Shown piece after piece: positions 23,377 through 37,617 of a stretch of 64,000 bases of DNA. The position numbers and the translations under genes are program-made. Source of the DNA: Orbicella franksi (Eukaryota); the NCBI GenBank assembly GCA_964199315.1, contig OZ116708.1:21452001-21516000 (forward strand), read 5' to 3'. The notes beneath the pieces were generated by a model. It searched no databases and was not told the DNA's origin. It worked only from the letters and a program-made list of their open reading frames with translations. How positions within the stretch are numbered: the stretch's first letter is position 1; each line of letters starts with the position of its first letter.

Positions 23377-24568
23377 GTCTTTTAATGCAGAATGCTTCTT
23401 GTGTTTATCATGTGCGCTGTGCTGAAGTGTTTCGGAACGCGTTTTGGGGGCCCTCTTTCTGTAGGTTCAGAAAGGTTCATTCTGTTACTAAACCAAGAAT
23501 AAGCGCCTGTAAACTGAACAAAACAAGTCATATAAGTTCCTCTTGGTAGTGTAGAATCCCAGAAGAAAGGACCTTTCCCCCTCCCCCCCCCCTTTATATT
23601 CTGCCCCTACCCTACACCTGTTCCCTTAGCCAGTCCTGTTTGGCGTGGATGCAGACCTTTCTCCGATATGTATAATAATGTGTATTTTTTCTTCTTTTCT
23701 TTTTCTTGTTTCTTTGAAGAAGCAGATCTTAGATAAGGTAGATTAGGGGGGTGTTTACTCATGCTGGTGTGGGTTCCATAGCAAAAATGACGGTGATTTC
23801 ATACTGCATGTAAATGATTTCTTTCGTTTCACATGCAACTTGCTCATGAACTCATGTCACACCATCTTGAATTGAATTATCAAAAACTACACATACCCTA
23901 AACATCGAAGTTTTCCGAGAGCCTAATTTCAAACCGCAATAGGTGATCGTTCGTTGTTTTAACATGGTACTACTGCTAGTTTTTGTATGGTAATGAAAAT
24001 CTCAGTAAAGCAGTTACAGACGCTACAGTGGCAGAACTCGGGCAGGGAAATCACACGCAGGCATAACGCAAAGAGGCATAACGCAAAGAGGTATCATGCA
24101 AAGAGGCATAATGCAAAGAGGCATAACGCAAAGAGGCATATAACGCAATGCAAGTAGGCAGAACGCAGTGACAGAACTCGGGCAGGGAAATCACACGTAA
24201 GCATGACGCAAGTGGGCATAACGCAAAGACGGGCATAACGCAAGTAGGTAGAACGTTGTGACAGAACTCGGGCAAGAAAATCACACGATTATTACAACGT
24301 CATTGATTTCGAAAAGCACCGTCCAGATTAAAATGCACAGCCAGTGTTTTCAATTTCCTCCGGTTTGAAGAGCGTTTTCGAAATGCTCCATTCTCGTGAA
24401 GGATTAATGTGTACGGAGCCGTAGAGGAGGACGGGGCGTTATTGATCCTTGCTGAGAAACTTAATAAACTGTAAAGCCGTGAACGAAGATCCTGCTTGAT
24501 TTCGACGTTGGATCTCACAGGAGATCTCATCAGCCAAACTTGAAAAGTATAACGATGAGAAATCAGCC

Positions 24569-25364
24569 TTCCTTTTACTGGCAGCAACACCTCTTGAAAT
24601 CTCAAGGGCAATTAATGATACCATTTTGCTGCTCAGATCACTGGGGTTTACGATCCATGGCACAAAATCTGTCACCACGCCTACCCAAGTAATCAACTTT
24701 CTGGGATTTACCCTAAATTCTCAGAACATGACCATTTCTATGGTCACCGGGAAAGCAGACACTGATCAAATCCAAGTGTCACGTTTTTGTCATGAGCGCC
24801 TTGCTCGGGAGATTGGGTAACCACTCCCTACGTTTACGACTTAAAATAAAGTTACCTTACCTCACCTTACATGCAAGAGCCAGTTTCAGTTAAAGAGGTG
24901 GCCTCTGTAGAGGGCCTCATGGTATGAGCTTTCTCAGGTGTGCAGTATGCACCTCTGATCTATAGGTCTCTGGAAAATGACAAAACTGATGCCTTGAAAT
25001 GCAATGGTTGGGACCCTGAAGGGCATATGACCCTTTTACCTCCGTCCAAACAGGACCTGCTATGGTGGATTTCTAATGTTGACCAATACCCAAAAGCTAT
25101 TACTCCACAACCCCCTGATATAACACTCATGACAGACAGCTTACTGAAAGGCTGGGGAGGGGTGATAGAGGGTCATACCAGGAATCTAGATTCCACATTA
25201 ATTACTTGGAGACAAAGGAAATTCTGTTAGCCGTGCAGTCCCTTTGCGACCATGTGCAACGTTGCCAAATAAAAGTGATTTGTGAAAATACAACTGCCGT
25301 ACTCCTTTATCCGCAATATAGGTGGTACGAAATCTATAGTTTGCAATGACATGACTAGAGAAAT
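24569..25364 (+). mobile_element. DIRS1-type RT/RNase H remnant (unit 2 copy)
   Basis: ORFs 24626-24820 and 24940-25230 are near-identical to the unit 1 remnant. Confidence 0.8.
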
Positions 25365-25569
25365 ACGGTCGAACCTTCGGTTGCGACCACCGTTCGTAAT
25401 CGACCACTTCTCCTCAGCGACCAGTATTCCAAAATACCAAAAGTTTCCAAGTCAACTCACTATATTTGAACCTCTTGTAAGCGACCACCTCTCGTAAGCG
25501 ACCGCGACCACTTTAAGAGCTAAAAGTTTTGTTTTTGCTCATGGATGACGTAGTCTTCCATGAGCTTAG

Positions 25570-25700
25570 NNNNNNNNNNNNNNNNNNNNNNNNNNNNNNN
25601 NNNNNNNNNNNNNNNNNNNNNNNNNNNNNNNNNNNNNNNNNNNNNNNNNNNNNNNNNNNNNNNNNNNNNNNNNNNNNNNNNNNNNNNNNNNNNNNNNNNT
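25570..25700. other. Assembly gap or masked run (131 N)
   Basis: Replaces the 75-nt CACT-microsatellite segment seen at 12879-12953. Confidence 0.95.
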
Positions 25701-28295
25701 ATTCATTAAACCTGGATTAAACAATTATCTACTACTTCCCCTACTAAGTAATGTTTTTGTCCAAGAGTGTTCGGTCGTCTTGAAGAAGGTTTTTTGACGA
25801 AATAGAAGACGAGGGGAAGACGCGGGGGACTAGAAAGGCGTACATTTTTGCCCAAGAAATCGAGAGCCTGGGTGCGAGTTTGTCGGGCACCCTGAAGTCG
25901 GCCATTTTGGCTTCATGTGATTTTCTTTCGTAAATATGTTGTTTTTTGCCTATCGGCTTTTGCTCACACGTGGATGAAAGCTGGTAGAGGTATTTATGAC
26001 TGTGGTCATGTATCGGTCACAACAACGCGGTCGGCGAGGTCAAAGAATTGATACGAGAGACCCTGTAAGACAAAGTCAGAAAGTGGGATCGTGTTAACTT
26101 AGCATATGGGGCAAATTAAGCTCGTAGCTTTTTTTCTTGGCAAGAGAATTTGATGGTTTCCACTCGCTTTCTCTCCTTGTGGAGTCCAAGGTAAGCTTAA
26201 GTTCTTGTTGAGTTTTAGTTTCATTGTTTCTTTATTGTTTTATTTTGTAATAATAATGATAGTAATAATAAAGATCTTTCAACAGGGAGCCCACTTCACA
26301 TACATGTGGTTTTCAGTGGGGCCCTGCAAAAATAAAATTGCAAAAGCTAAAGAAATAGTAGATTAAAAATAATAATAAAATTTAACCATTGTACTAATAG
26401 AAATATAGAAAACAGAAAAAAAAATGGTAATTAAAAATTAAAAATTAAGAAATACCCCTAATTCGACGGAAGTTCGAAATTTGTACGTAGTAAGCTTATT
26501 TTAAAATACTTCAAGTAAGAAATTCGATTTGCCTCATCGTTTCGTTCTGTTGTCGTTCACACTACATTTCTTTTGTATTCCATGCAGTTTGACCAGCGTG
26601 GAAATTTCTTCACAGATGGTATGCGCGTCAACCTACATGTACGATCGAGTAAATACGAGCTATGTTGAAATATTTTAGTGATGGACGGACAAATTAAAGC
26701 AATTAAGTCCAAGAGACTGTGTAGATCTATTTTTTACAAGGGAGATATATGCTGTCCAATTGCATCAGGATGGGGGTGCTCGTCGTAACAGATAAATTGT
26801 GAGGGGTGGGTGAGGGGTGGAGGGGTAGTGTTTACCTGAATCATACCAGGATCATTGACTTTCACACCCGTATGAGTTCATCCTAGTTCCCTCCCCGGGG
26901 GTACTTTGATATAAAAGGGACGTGGGTGTCCTTCGGAAATTTTTGAAAAGAATTCCCAAGAGGTACCAAGATCCAATTTTGTGGGCGTGGGTTGAAATTT
27001 TTTCTTTCCTAAGAGGTACCAAATATTCTTAAACAACACATTAACTGACGATTGCTTCGAATACCCTCTATTCGTAAAGGTGATTATCAAATATTTCCTC
27101 ATATTTTGGGGGGCTTAATACCCTGCTCCTGCTGTGGACCTTTTGAAGCCGAACACCATAAGAGGTTGCGTGAATGAATTACATAGTTCAACTTGAATTA
27201 AGAAGTTTCCGCGTAGCCGGCTACAAAGAACTTAATTTGAGTGGCAGGGTACTCTGCAGTTGAACCGAAAGGTATAATAATATGAAATATCGTGGGATAT
27301 TAAATGGTATAGAACTCGCAGGCGTTGCGTAACTAGTTGCGTTCAGAGCTTGTAAGAAGTATAATTCCCCGCAATCTGCTTTTGGTTTTCTGTCTGTTTC
27401 CACTCAAAACTTTTTACAGAGAAGAAAAAAGATACACATTATTTTACAACTAAGCAAGAAATGATCTCGAAGAAAGGTCTGCGTGCACACCGAACAAGTT
27501 TGGCGACGAGCAATGATGTAGGGAAGGGGTAGAATCATACTGGAGAGAGGAGGGGGGAGGCCCTTTCTTCTGGGATTCTACAATACCAAGAGAAACTTAA
27601 AGGACTTGTTTTGCTCAGTTTATAGTTGGTCACTTCTGGGTTTTAGGGAACACCGAATTAACCTTTATGAACCTACAGAAGGAGACGGCAGGAAAAAATG
27701 GCTCCGAAACAGTCCTATATATAGACTCGATATATAGTGTAACACTTGGACACATTAGACATAGTAAGCAAAAAAAAAGCAATCGATTTGATGTGGCACA
27801 AAAAGAGGCTTTATTAACTTTGTTTAATTCAGTATTGGCTTTTAAATGGTAACTATCTAATTAAGACACTGACATACAATTAATTTATCACAACTTTGCT
27901 AAAGCTATTAGTTGCTATTGCATATCGACAAGCTCACTTAAACAAGTTTAGTCACGTTGAAATAATTTGAAAGAGTTGTCATTATAGAAAACTGAAATAA
28001 AATCTTACTTTTTTAAACCAAAAAATTAAAACAAATCTTTGTAGCGCGACTTAAAATGTATTGATCTGTTTGCTTGACTCCAAAGTTTTTATTAATAGCA
28101 AAACTGTAAACTGAACTCGATCATATAACGCCTAATTTCTACTGATTTTAGTCACTCAAAATCCACTTGGTTAAAAAAGAAAAGCCGAAAAAAAAAAAAG
28201 CTGGTTAAAGAAGAAAAGCCGGCTTGCCCTGCCAGCTTTTCTTCTTTCTGCCCTTTCTTTTTTTAACCCGGCATAAATTAGGGGGGCCCCCGCAC

Positions 28296-31101
28296 TTAAT
28301 CGCATTCGTTTGTGCATATTGTTTCGGTAACGGTATACTTGATTATCCAAAGTATAACAACAGTTTTCGTAACAGTTCTACACACTTCCTTACAGTGTCG
28401 TCTGATACCTAGAACAACAATCAAAAGCTCAGTTAATTCGGAATGAGAGGGCAAAGTGAGCGCATAGCTGATTGAACTTGTATTTTTTCGAATTGTGCTC
28501 AAAATCTGCTGCAATCATTTCTGCTCTTTCTGCTCATTTAGTCGATTGATGCACAAAAACAGAAGAAAACACTGACCCTTCTGCGTATATGTGAGACCGA
28601 TGACAATCGCCTTTTCCTAATCTATGAAAGAGATAGATATCAAGTGCAGCGGGGATTTATGAGGCGTGCAATGTGAGGCGATGGTGAAAAACAGGACGAA
28701 ATCCAAAAGAAAATACAAATCAGACATGAGGTCAACGGCTACCATAGCTATTAATTTTTAAATTAATGTCAATTTAATGATGCACAGCATACTGATGCCG
28801 GCTTTAAAAACTATGTAATCTTAGCGTCGCTGATAATTTCCTTAACAGAGAAGGAAGATAGAGTTGAAAAAAATGTACGCGTGTTTCACTTACGTTTTGC
28901 GGCTGCTTTGCCCGTGGTTAAGCTTCTCGGTTCCCTATCTACCTTGGCAACAAGATAAATGGGTAGCTCTGCACACAGATCCTTCATTTCGTCAATCAGA
29001 TTGCCACGTGCATTGTCATCAAGAGTCCCCACAGCCTCCAATTTCACTACAGGTGGACTTTTGTTCATCGTAAATCCCGCGTCGTTGTCCTAGTGGGATT
29101 AAATTAACAAACTGACCCTCTGAACTACTGTACAGTCATGATAGTTACTACTGAAATTTCTAAAGACGACGCGGAACGTTTTGTGCAGAATCTCTAATCT
29201 GTAGGCATGACAAAGGAAGCAAGACTAGATCTAGTTTAAATACACTATACATATAAGGAAGCTGTTTTGCCAGTTCTACATTAAACCATGCTACTGTGTT
29301 AATACTATTGCACAACAGTGGATGTTTGCCTCATGGCCAAAGCTTCTGTTTAGAAATTGTTTCCAGTTCTCCCGCTAATATATTTTACCACGCGCGTTGC
29401 CTAGAGATATTTTCTTCGATGATGTAAGAAGGATAAGTAATAACAGGTATTTCAGTTAATTTTCAATCTTATTTTGAGTACCTTGAATTTCAACAATTGA
29501 TCACAATGAAACATGGGATATAAACTTACCAGAAGGCGCGCCAAGTCGGCCGGTTTAGGAACATTTTCAGTTGATAGACTGAGATAGCACGATTTGGCCT
29601 CTGGCATACGGATCATCATAAAATTCTGCAAAGTTCGAATACATTAGTTATTTGAAAGCGTTGTATAAAGGTAACGCTTCTACACTAAGATAACATGTCA
29701 CACAGGTCATATGAATTTTGCCTTGAAATTGACCCATTTTGCACACTACTCAAAATGGCCTTAACCCATAAGCTAGTTAACTGCTTGTTCCTTTACACGT
29801 AGTGTACACGTCTTATTTCAATGTATATACGAAGAGAACTCCTTGCTAAGCGAAATGTTGTGCCTTGGATATCGCCGAAAATCTTTGGAAGTAATAACGA
29901 ATGAATGAATCATATCTTTATACTAGCCTCGTACCCTCCCCTTTCTCTGAACAGGTCTTCCTACTTCTGATATTCGCCTCGACCTCGATAGCAAGTTATA
30001 AATTAGTGAATCGAACATGCAGTGCTCTAAAGTCACTAACCTTTTTAAAGTCAATGACCACGTCTGCCTCTTCTTTATCAGGCGAAGTCTTTGGCACATG
30101 GAAAGTCTCTGTTTCCTTCTTTGTGTCAATTTCAACCTCTTCCTCTTCCTCTTTTCCATCTTCTGTCTTCAATTTTAATCTGTATTTCTTCACCGGATCA
30201 CTAGCAGGTGAATCCTGCAAAGCCTGAAGAACGAAAAGGTATACCTGCATTTCAACTCATCTGATTATACTGAGAGAGGATCAGGATAGCTTGGGTCCGA
30301 ATTTGGTCGTCTTGAAAGTTCCATGAAAGTAAGCAATATTAGAAAGCAGGGAATTTCCTCTCAACTAATATTACACTGACACACATCGCTAAGCAAGTTT
30401 TAATCTGTAAGTCATGTGCTCTTGGATACGAACAAATACATCAAATGAAAACGCATGCGGCAGAGAAAGCAAATATCTGTTGTTATACTTCAACCGTTAC
30501 CTTTTCCTCAGGTGAACCGCATTTGCAGATTGACGAGGCAGACACAGCGACAATCGACAGAGCAAGGCACAAAATGAACAATTTGAAACCCTAAAGAGGA
30601 AAATTAGGTAAATGAACTTTTTAAGTATCCTCTCTTATCAACTGAATTAGCGACTAAACGTTTTACAGCGAGGATCCCGCGGCATGCAGCACAAGTGTGA
30701 CCTCTTTTGGTCAATTCCCATTGTTTCGTGCAGATCATCCAATTAGAAGACAGGTTGCTTGAAGAAAAACAATTCAAAACCGCAAGTGATCGTGCGGGAA
30801 AGATTAAGTTCAAACTTTACAGTTTTAATTGTTAAATCGTACTCAAACCTAATTTGCAGCTCCAAAATGTGAAATGTTTACCACAAAATCAAATAAACAG
30901 GCATCTGCTTGACAGCCTATTTGCCCGGCAACAACTTAAAACTCAAGAAGTGATGAGAAATAATTTCTAGCGCCAGTATAAATGCATTCTTGCGTACTTT
31001 AACTCGAAAATACGACAAAATTTCTGGGTATATTTTGTTGTCTTGCTTTTGTGTATGGATCTAGCAGCAGACAAATGGCAAAATGAAAATAGACTTACCA
31101 T
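28296..31101 (-). CDS. Secreted BRICHOS-domain precursor (gene 3), same C-terminal peptide as gene 2
   Basis: Coding exons 31101-31099, 30590-30501, 30223-30041, 29625-29530, 29089-28894 and 28408-28296. Splice sites and frame are intact. Confidence 0.85.
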
Positions 31102-33867
31102 TTTTCTTTTGTGAAAAAGCGTCAAGTCTTCTTTCCTCTTGTAGCTGATGCAAAGTAGTATGGATGCAGGTTCATATGAGCGAACCCTTTTTATATCATC
31201 TGAAGGTTGTACAATGCCACCTCACTCCGGCTTAATCGGCTGATATCTGAAAATGTTACACCTAAATTTGACCTGACCTGGTTTCAGCACATTGGTGGCA
31301 TAGTTGCTTCGCTATTTCTATGAAATTACAGGAAGTAGCGCTGAAACGGTGTGGCTATTTTCGACCAAAGCTCGTATGCCAGGTGCCCTCGTTTCAGCAC
31401 TTCCTTGAGACATGAATGGATAAAGCCTACCATGAATGCAAAAAGGCAAAAATAAAGATATCGTATATCATAATAAGGATAAAGATAAATTGCCAGAGCC
31501 TTCAGCCGGTGAAACGTGTTGAAAGTCTCACTGAGAATTATCGCTGATTCAGTGTGAGAGGTCATGTATGTTTGCGGTAAGCAAAAGATTTAGTTAAAAT
31601 TACTAGGACTGACGGTTGCAAAGAGCTAAAAGGAGGACATATTAAAAAGAATGATACAGCAGTCTGAATATGAAAAATGCTCTGCTAGCAACTGTCCCAA
31701 TGATCGTTCCTCCCTGTTTCCGTCATGATTTGAATACACTATTTAATATATGGGGAGTCACCGCAATCTAGGCGGCGTACTGGTAGAATATCGGCCCGAG
31801 GTCTTGACAGTGCGGACCGAATGCATGGAGGCCGATACAAAAAAAAAAAAAGGAAAAAAAAAACGGAAGGTCAATATTGTCCCAGTACGGTCCCGAGTAT
31901 TATAGGTTAAGTAATAAGAGATTACAAGACTAAATATGTTTATATCAGTATATAAAAAAGTGCCACTATCAGGGACTGTAAAAAAACGCGCAATTCTGAT
32001 TGGGAGCCGACTAGGTGAAGGGAAAGAGAGTTGGAAGAAAAAGAAAAGGATTCCAGTTTTGTTTTTTTCAGGAACGTAAGCCATAAAACAAACAGCTTCA
32101 AGAGTGATCGCGTGGGCTTCAAGAGTGGTCACGCGGGATCATTCGGGACAGTGCCCGGTCCATTTACTGAGAGATCATTAGACCGGCGATAGAGCAATAG
32201 ATTTTAGTTATTGGTCCTCTGAACTAACTTAGTCGTGTTACAAACTCATAAACAAATGACTGACAAGAATTTGTGTTGTTGTTCCTTTGTTTTTTCCTGC
32301 TGATAGCGTGACATTTCAGATAAACAAGAAATCAGGTTAAAATACATAGGAAACAAAGAGGGAAATTCTAAACTTTTAAAACAGGTTTTCATTCAATTTT
32401 TAAGTCGCTAGATTTTTGGTATCTCTTGCTTATGATAAAGCTGACCTCTCACATTTTATGCATCAGAGACACTTTACATATTTCATTCTTGAACGCTCCT
32501 TCTCAATATCATGATATAAGATATCTTTAGTTTTGCCCTTTCGCGCTTCCTTTAGTTATGGTGCTACTGCGCATCGCACAAACCTGAACTGAACACGTGT
32601 AGTCCAGTTCCTGAACCTCCACACTACCAGAGAACTTCCGGAGTAATAAAAATTGCAAAAAAAAAAATCTTCTTCCCATAGGTCCTCTATTTTATGTCTC
32701 AAGTAAGGAGGGAACTGGGGAGAGCTAGCAGAGACGAGGTTTGATAGAGGAGAGCGAAACCGTTCCTGTAATTCTCTAGGAAATATCGAAGCAATTTTGC
32801 AAGTAATGCGCTGAAACAAGGTCAGGTCAAATTATAAGGAGTAACGTTTCGTGATATCCGGTTAATAATGTCTCTACTAGTGTACAGTGAACTTAGAGAT
32901 TTAGGAACTTGACTATCAGCTCAAGTTTGTGCCATGCGCAGTAGTTCTACAACTGAAAAAAGTTCAAAAAGGGCAAAAAAAGACATCTCATATAATAACC
33001 AAAAAGAGGATATATTTAATACGGAAGCCATGAAGAGTCTGAAACGTGTCGTGGAAGTGTCTCCGATGCAGTGTGAGAGGTCAGGTTTATTATAAGCAAA
33101 AGATACCAAAAACTAAGGTCAACTGACTTAAAAAATCACGATATAAAAGATTTCAAAGCTAACAAGCTTGTGGGGTCGTGTACTTCAAAACTGCTAGAAC
33201 TGCAGAAAGTGCTAATGCGAGGACATATTAAAAAGAATGGTACAGCAGTGAACATGAACAATACTCTGCTAGCATGGCGAAGTTCCTTCCTCTCCCCGGT
33301 TAAATTCACTATTTGATATATTTATTTACAAATGACTCAAGAGACATTTTCTTTCAACTCCTGACTGCGTGACATTTCAGATAGACAAAACGACAATGTG
33401 GCCAAATTAATGAGTGAACCCTTCGAGGCTGGAAGAAAAGATAAAAAGTTAAGACGAGTGAAATTCAAAACTTTTGAAGCAGTTTTTTATTCCGTGGGAT
33501 GGCTCCGGCGTAAAAAGGACCAGGGAGCTCGTCGGAAATTTTGAAAAGAACCCCTAGGAGGTACCAAGATCCTGTTTTGCGAGCGTGGCTTGAAAAATTT
33601 TTTCACCCCTGAAGAGGTCACAGTTCCAAAACAACAAACTATTCGGCTAGTCACTGTTTTCGGCTCAATGCCTTGAAAGGTACTGTCAGAGGCTCCCGCT
33701 GTGGAGCTTTTGAAAATACTGACCACTCTAAGAGGTGCCGAAACAGCTTTTTACGTGTTACAAAGCACGACGAGTCCCACTGTTTTATTTTGTTTCAACT
33801 GTGTAGTCAACTGATCTGGGTTTTTGGTATCATTTAGCTTATAAGGAATAAACCTGACCTCACACAC

Positions 33868-34405
33868 TGCATCAGAGACCCTCCCATGACATGTTTCACT
33901 CTCGAAGGTCCCGGAAATTTATCCTCCTTCGCATTATAATGATATAGGAGATCTTTGTCTTTGCCCTTTGTGCACTTCCTTCAGTTATGGTTCTACTGCG
34001 CATCGCAGAAACCTGAGCTGAACACGTGTAGTCTAGTTCCTAAAGCGCCGCCACGGGGAAAAGAATGTCTAAGTCCAGGATTTAAACGGGAGCCGGAACT
34101 GCATCCGAGACCCTCCCGTGACATGTTTCACTCTCGACGGTCCCGGAAATTTATCCTCCTTCGCATTATAATGCATCCGAGACCCTCCCGTGACATGTTT
34201 CACTCTCGACGGTCCCGGAAATTTATCCTCCTTCGCATTATAATGATATAGGAGATTTTTGTCTTTGTCCTTTTTGCACTTCCTTCAGTTATGGTTCTAC
34301 TGCGCATCGCAGAAACCTGAGCTGAACACGTGTAGTCTAGTTCCTAAAGTGCCGCCACGGGGAAAAGAATGCCTAAGTCCAGGATTTTAACGGGAGCCGG
34401 AACTG
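33868..34405. repeat. Unit-3-specific local duplication with a 72-bp tandem repeat
   Basis: GCATCCGAGACCCTCCCGTGACATG...CGCATTATAAT occurs twice in tandem (~34101-34245), and ~33868-34100 is repeated again up to ~34405. Single copy in units 1 and 2. Confidence 0.85.
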
Positions 34406-35155
34406 GTTGTGTTATTCGCAGAACTACTATAACGGACGGAAGTGCTAATGCGAGGGTATATTAAAAAAAAAAAAAAAAATGGCACAGCAGTGAATATAAA
34501 CAATACTCTGCCAGTAGAGTCGCCGTGATCGTTCCGTGCTCTTTCCGGTCTTTCTATAGAAGATCGAAGTGGTACCGCCTATTGTTCAGACTAGTTGAAA
34601 AGTGTTCTGGGGGAGTCCAAGTGAAAAGTTAGGTTATACAGCGGACATGGAAATAGATATGGAGATGTGAATAAGATCTACTGATCTCCGGAGACCAGTG
34701 ATAAAAATTGCCCAAATTTCACCTTTCTATTTTTGTTGCTGTTTTTGTAGCGTCACAATCATTCCGGCTGAATTAGAATTAGGTCACCTCGTTCTTTCCC
34801 CCTTCTCTTGCCCCGGTTATCCAAATACCCCAGGGTACGGGAAATCGTCTACTGTAAAGTAACCCTGCCGCAACAACTATCTCTTCTGAGCCATGGAAAT
34901 AAATCCAAAAAATGATGAATTCATTGCTAACTGAGCAAGTGTTTGTCACTTTAAAAATCAGCTAAATTTTCCCCTAAAACAATTCTTAATCCAGTACTGA
35001 AATTTTAGTTCTGACGCTTCCTGGTTTAGAATTTCTTTACAGTACGGTAGGCTTTGTGCATTTATGTAAGGAAGAAGTGCTGAAACGAGGACAGTATGCA
35101 GACAACCTTCGATCGACAAAAACGAAAGCAACTCTGCCAGCAATGCACTGAAACA

Positions 35156-36412
35156 AGGTCAGGTCAAATTATAAAGAGTAACATTTCCTGATATCAGGTT
35201 AATAATAAAAAAAACATTGTGCAACCTTCAGGTGATATAAAAAGGGTTCGCTCACATGAACCTGCATTTATACTACTCATTTGCACAGCTACAAGAAGAA
35301 AGAAGACTTGACGCTTTTTCACGAGAGAAAAATGGTAAGTTTAATTGTATTGGAAGATATTTTTATTTTTATCTGTTATTTGTGTGCTGGTAGATTCATA
35401 AACAATGTTCAATAGTTCCAGGCGGCCTGTGGTTTGTTTTGGATAGAACAAAGTGTATTGATCGATCACATGCATTGATTTTGAAGAGGAGAAAGGCCGG
35501 TTCTTATTTGTTTAAAATGTTTTTTCAAGATGGACGCACAAGTTTCCTCAATTTAAATTGTTACCAAATGTACTTGCGTGACAGAAGTTTCCGAAACGTT
35601 TCTTTCGCGTTTCAAAGACTGACAATGTCCGTGAATGTATACTGATTTCACCTTTTAACATTTTGGATTTGCGAAATTAGTTTAGGCCAAAAACTGTAAA
35701 TTTGGCTTGAAAGATTCAGTCACTATTAAGAGGGGTTGAATATAAGTAAGAATATCCACAAGAATATTTTCAGCCTAAAATAGGAAAAAAAATAAGCCTT
35801 GGCCGGAAAAACAATATTCTTACAATAAAAAAGAGTGTAACTGGTTCAGGCTACAAAAAGGGCCCCGTCGGTGGCTCCCAATCGGCCATCAGCTCTCATC
35901 ATGAACACAATTTTATAGCAAATTTTTAACTGAGCTTCTGTTTGTTGTTCTAGGTATCAAACGAGGCTGTTACAAGGTGTGCACAACTAGGATGAAAACA
36001 TGTTCTGCTGGCGCCATTCCGTAACAACGTGCTCAGAGAAATGCGAGAAATAAGCATCGTGTTTCCAACCAAGTGGTACTTGAGGGAATTAATAAGTACA
36101 AAGTGTTATATGATCGAGTCCAGTTTACAGTTTCCATTGATAATAACAGTTTGAAGTCAAGCAAAGTGATCAATATATTTCAAGTCGAGTTACAAAGCTT
36201 TATTTTAATATTATCATTTGTTGTTTTGTTTCAGCAAAGTAAGATTTTGTTACAATTTCAGTTATTTTTAAATTACAACTCTTACAATTTATTCCAACGT
36301 GACTAAGCATGTCAAAGTAAGCTTGTCGATATTGGAATAGCAATAGCAAAGTTGTGATAAATTGTATGTGGCTTAATTACATGATTACAATTTTAAATGT
36401 AAATTTAATAAA
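35156..36412 (+). pseudogene. Internally deleted inverted BRICHOS paralog (unit 3; ATG retained)
   Basis: Exon 1 ends ATG|gtaagt (35332-35334). The peptide exon at 35954-36053 has the same frameshift as in units 1 and 2, and exons 2-5 are absent. Confidence 0.8.
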
Positions 36413-37617
36413 GTCTTTTAATGCAGAATGCTTCTTGTGTTTATCATGTTCACTGTGCTGCAGTGTTTCGGAACGCGTTTTGGGGGCCCTCTTTCTGTAG
36501 GTTCAGAAAGGTTCATTCTGTTCCTTAACCAAGAATAAGCGCCTGTAAACTGAACAAAACAAGTCCTATAAGTTCCTCTTGGTAGTGTAGAATCCCAGAA
36601 GAAAGGGCCATTCCCCCTCCTCCCCTTTATATTCTGCCCCTACCCTACACCTGTTCCCTTAGCCAGTCCTGTTTGGCGTGGATGCAGAACTTTCTGAGAT
36701 ATGTATAATAATTTGTATTTTTTTTTTCTTTTCTTTTTCTTGTTTCTTTGAAGAAGCAGATATTAGACAGGGTAGATTAGGGGGGTGTTTACTCATGCTG
36801 GTGTGGGTTCCATAGCAAAAATGACGGTGATTTCATACTGCATGTAAATGATTTCTTTCGTTTCACATACAGCTTGCTCATGAACTCATGTCACATCATC
36901 TTGAACTGAATTCTCAAAAACTCTACATGCCCTAAACATCGAAGTCTTCCGAGAGACTAATTTCAAAACACGACAGGTGATCGTTCGTTGTTTGAACATG
37001 GTACTACTGGTGGTTTTTGTATGGTAATGAAAATCTCAGTAAAGCAGTTACAGACGTTACAATGGCAGAACTCGGGCAGGGAAATCACACGCAGGCATAA
37101 CGCAAGTAGGCATAACGCAAAGAGGTATAACGCAAAGAGGTATCACGCAAAGAGGCATAATGCAAAGAGGCATAACGCAAAGAGGCATATAACGCAATGC
37201 AAGTAGGCACAACGCAGTGACAGAACTCGGGCAGGTAAATCACACGTAGGCATGACGCAAGTGGGCATAACGCAAAGACGGGCATAACGCAAGTAGGTAG
37301 AACGCTGTGACAGAACTCGGGCAAGAAAATCACACGATTATTACAACGTCATCGACTTCGAAAAGCACCGTCCAGATTAAAATGTACAGCCAGTGTTTTC
37401 AGTTTCCTCCGGTTTGAGGAGCGTTTTCGAAAAGCTCCATTCTCGTGAAGGATTAATGTGTACGGAGCCGTAGAGGGGGACGGGGCGTTATTGGTCCTTG
37501 TTGAGAAACTTAATAAACTGTAAAGCCGTGAACGAAGATCCTGCTTGATTTCGACGTTGGATCTCACAGGAGATCTCATCAGCCAAACTTGAAAAGTATA
37601 ACGATGAGAAATCAGCC

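Larger units (their letters stand above)
14020..26768. repeat. Tandem segmental duplication, unit 2 (~12.75 kb)
   Basis: The junction TGCATCAG|GATGGGGGTGCT occurs at 14014-14033 and 26761-26780. The left part is near-identical to unit 3 and the right part near-identical to unit 1. Confidence 0.9.
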
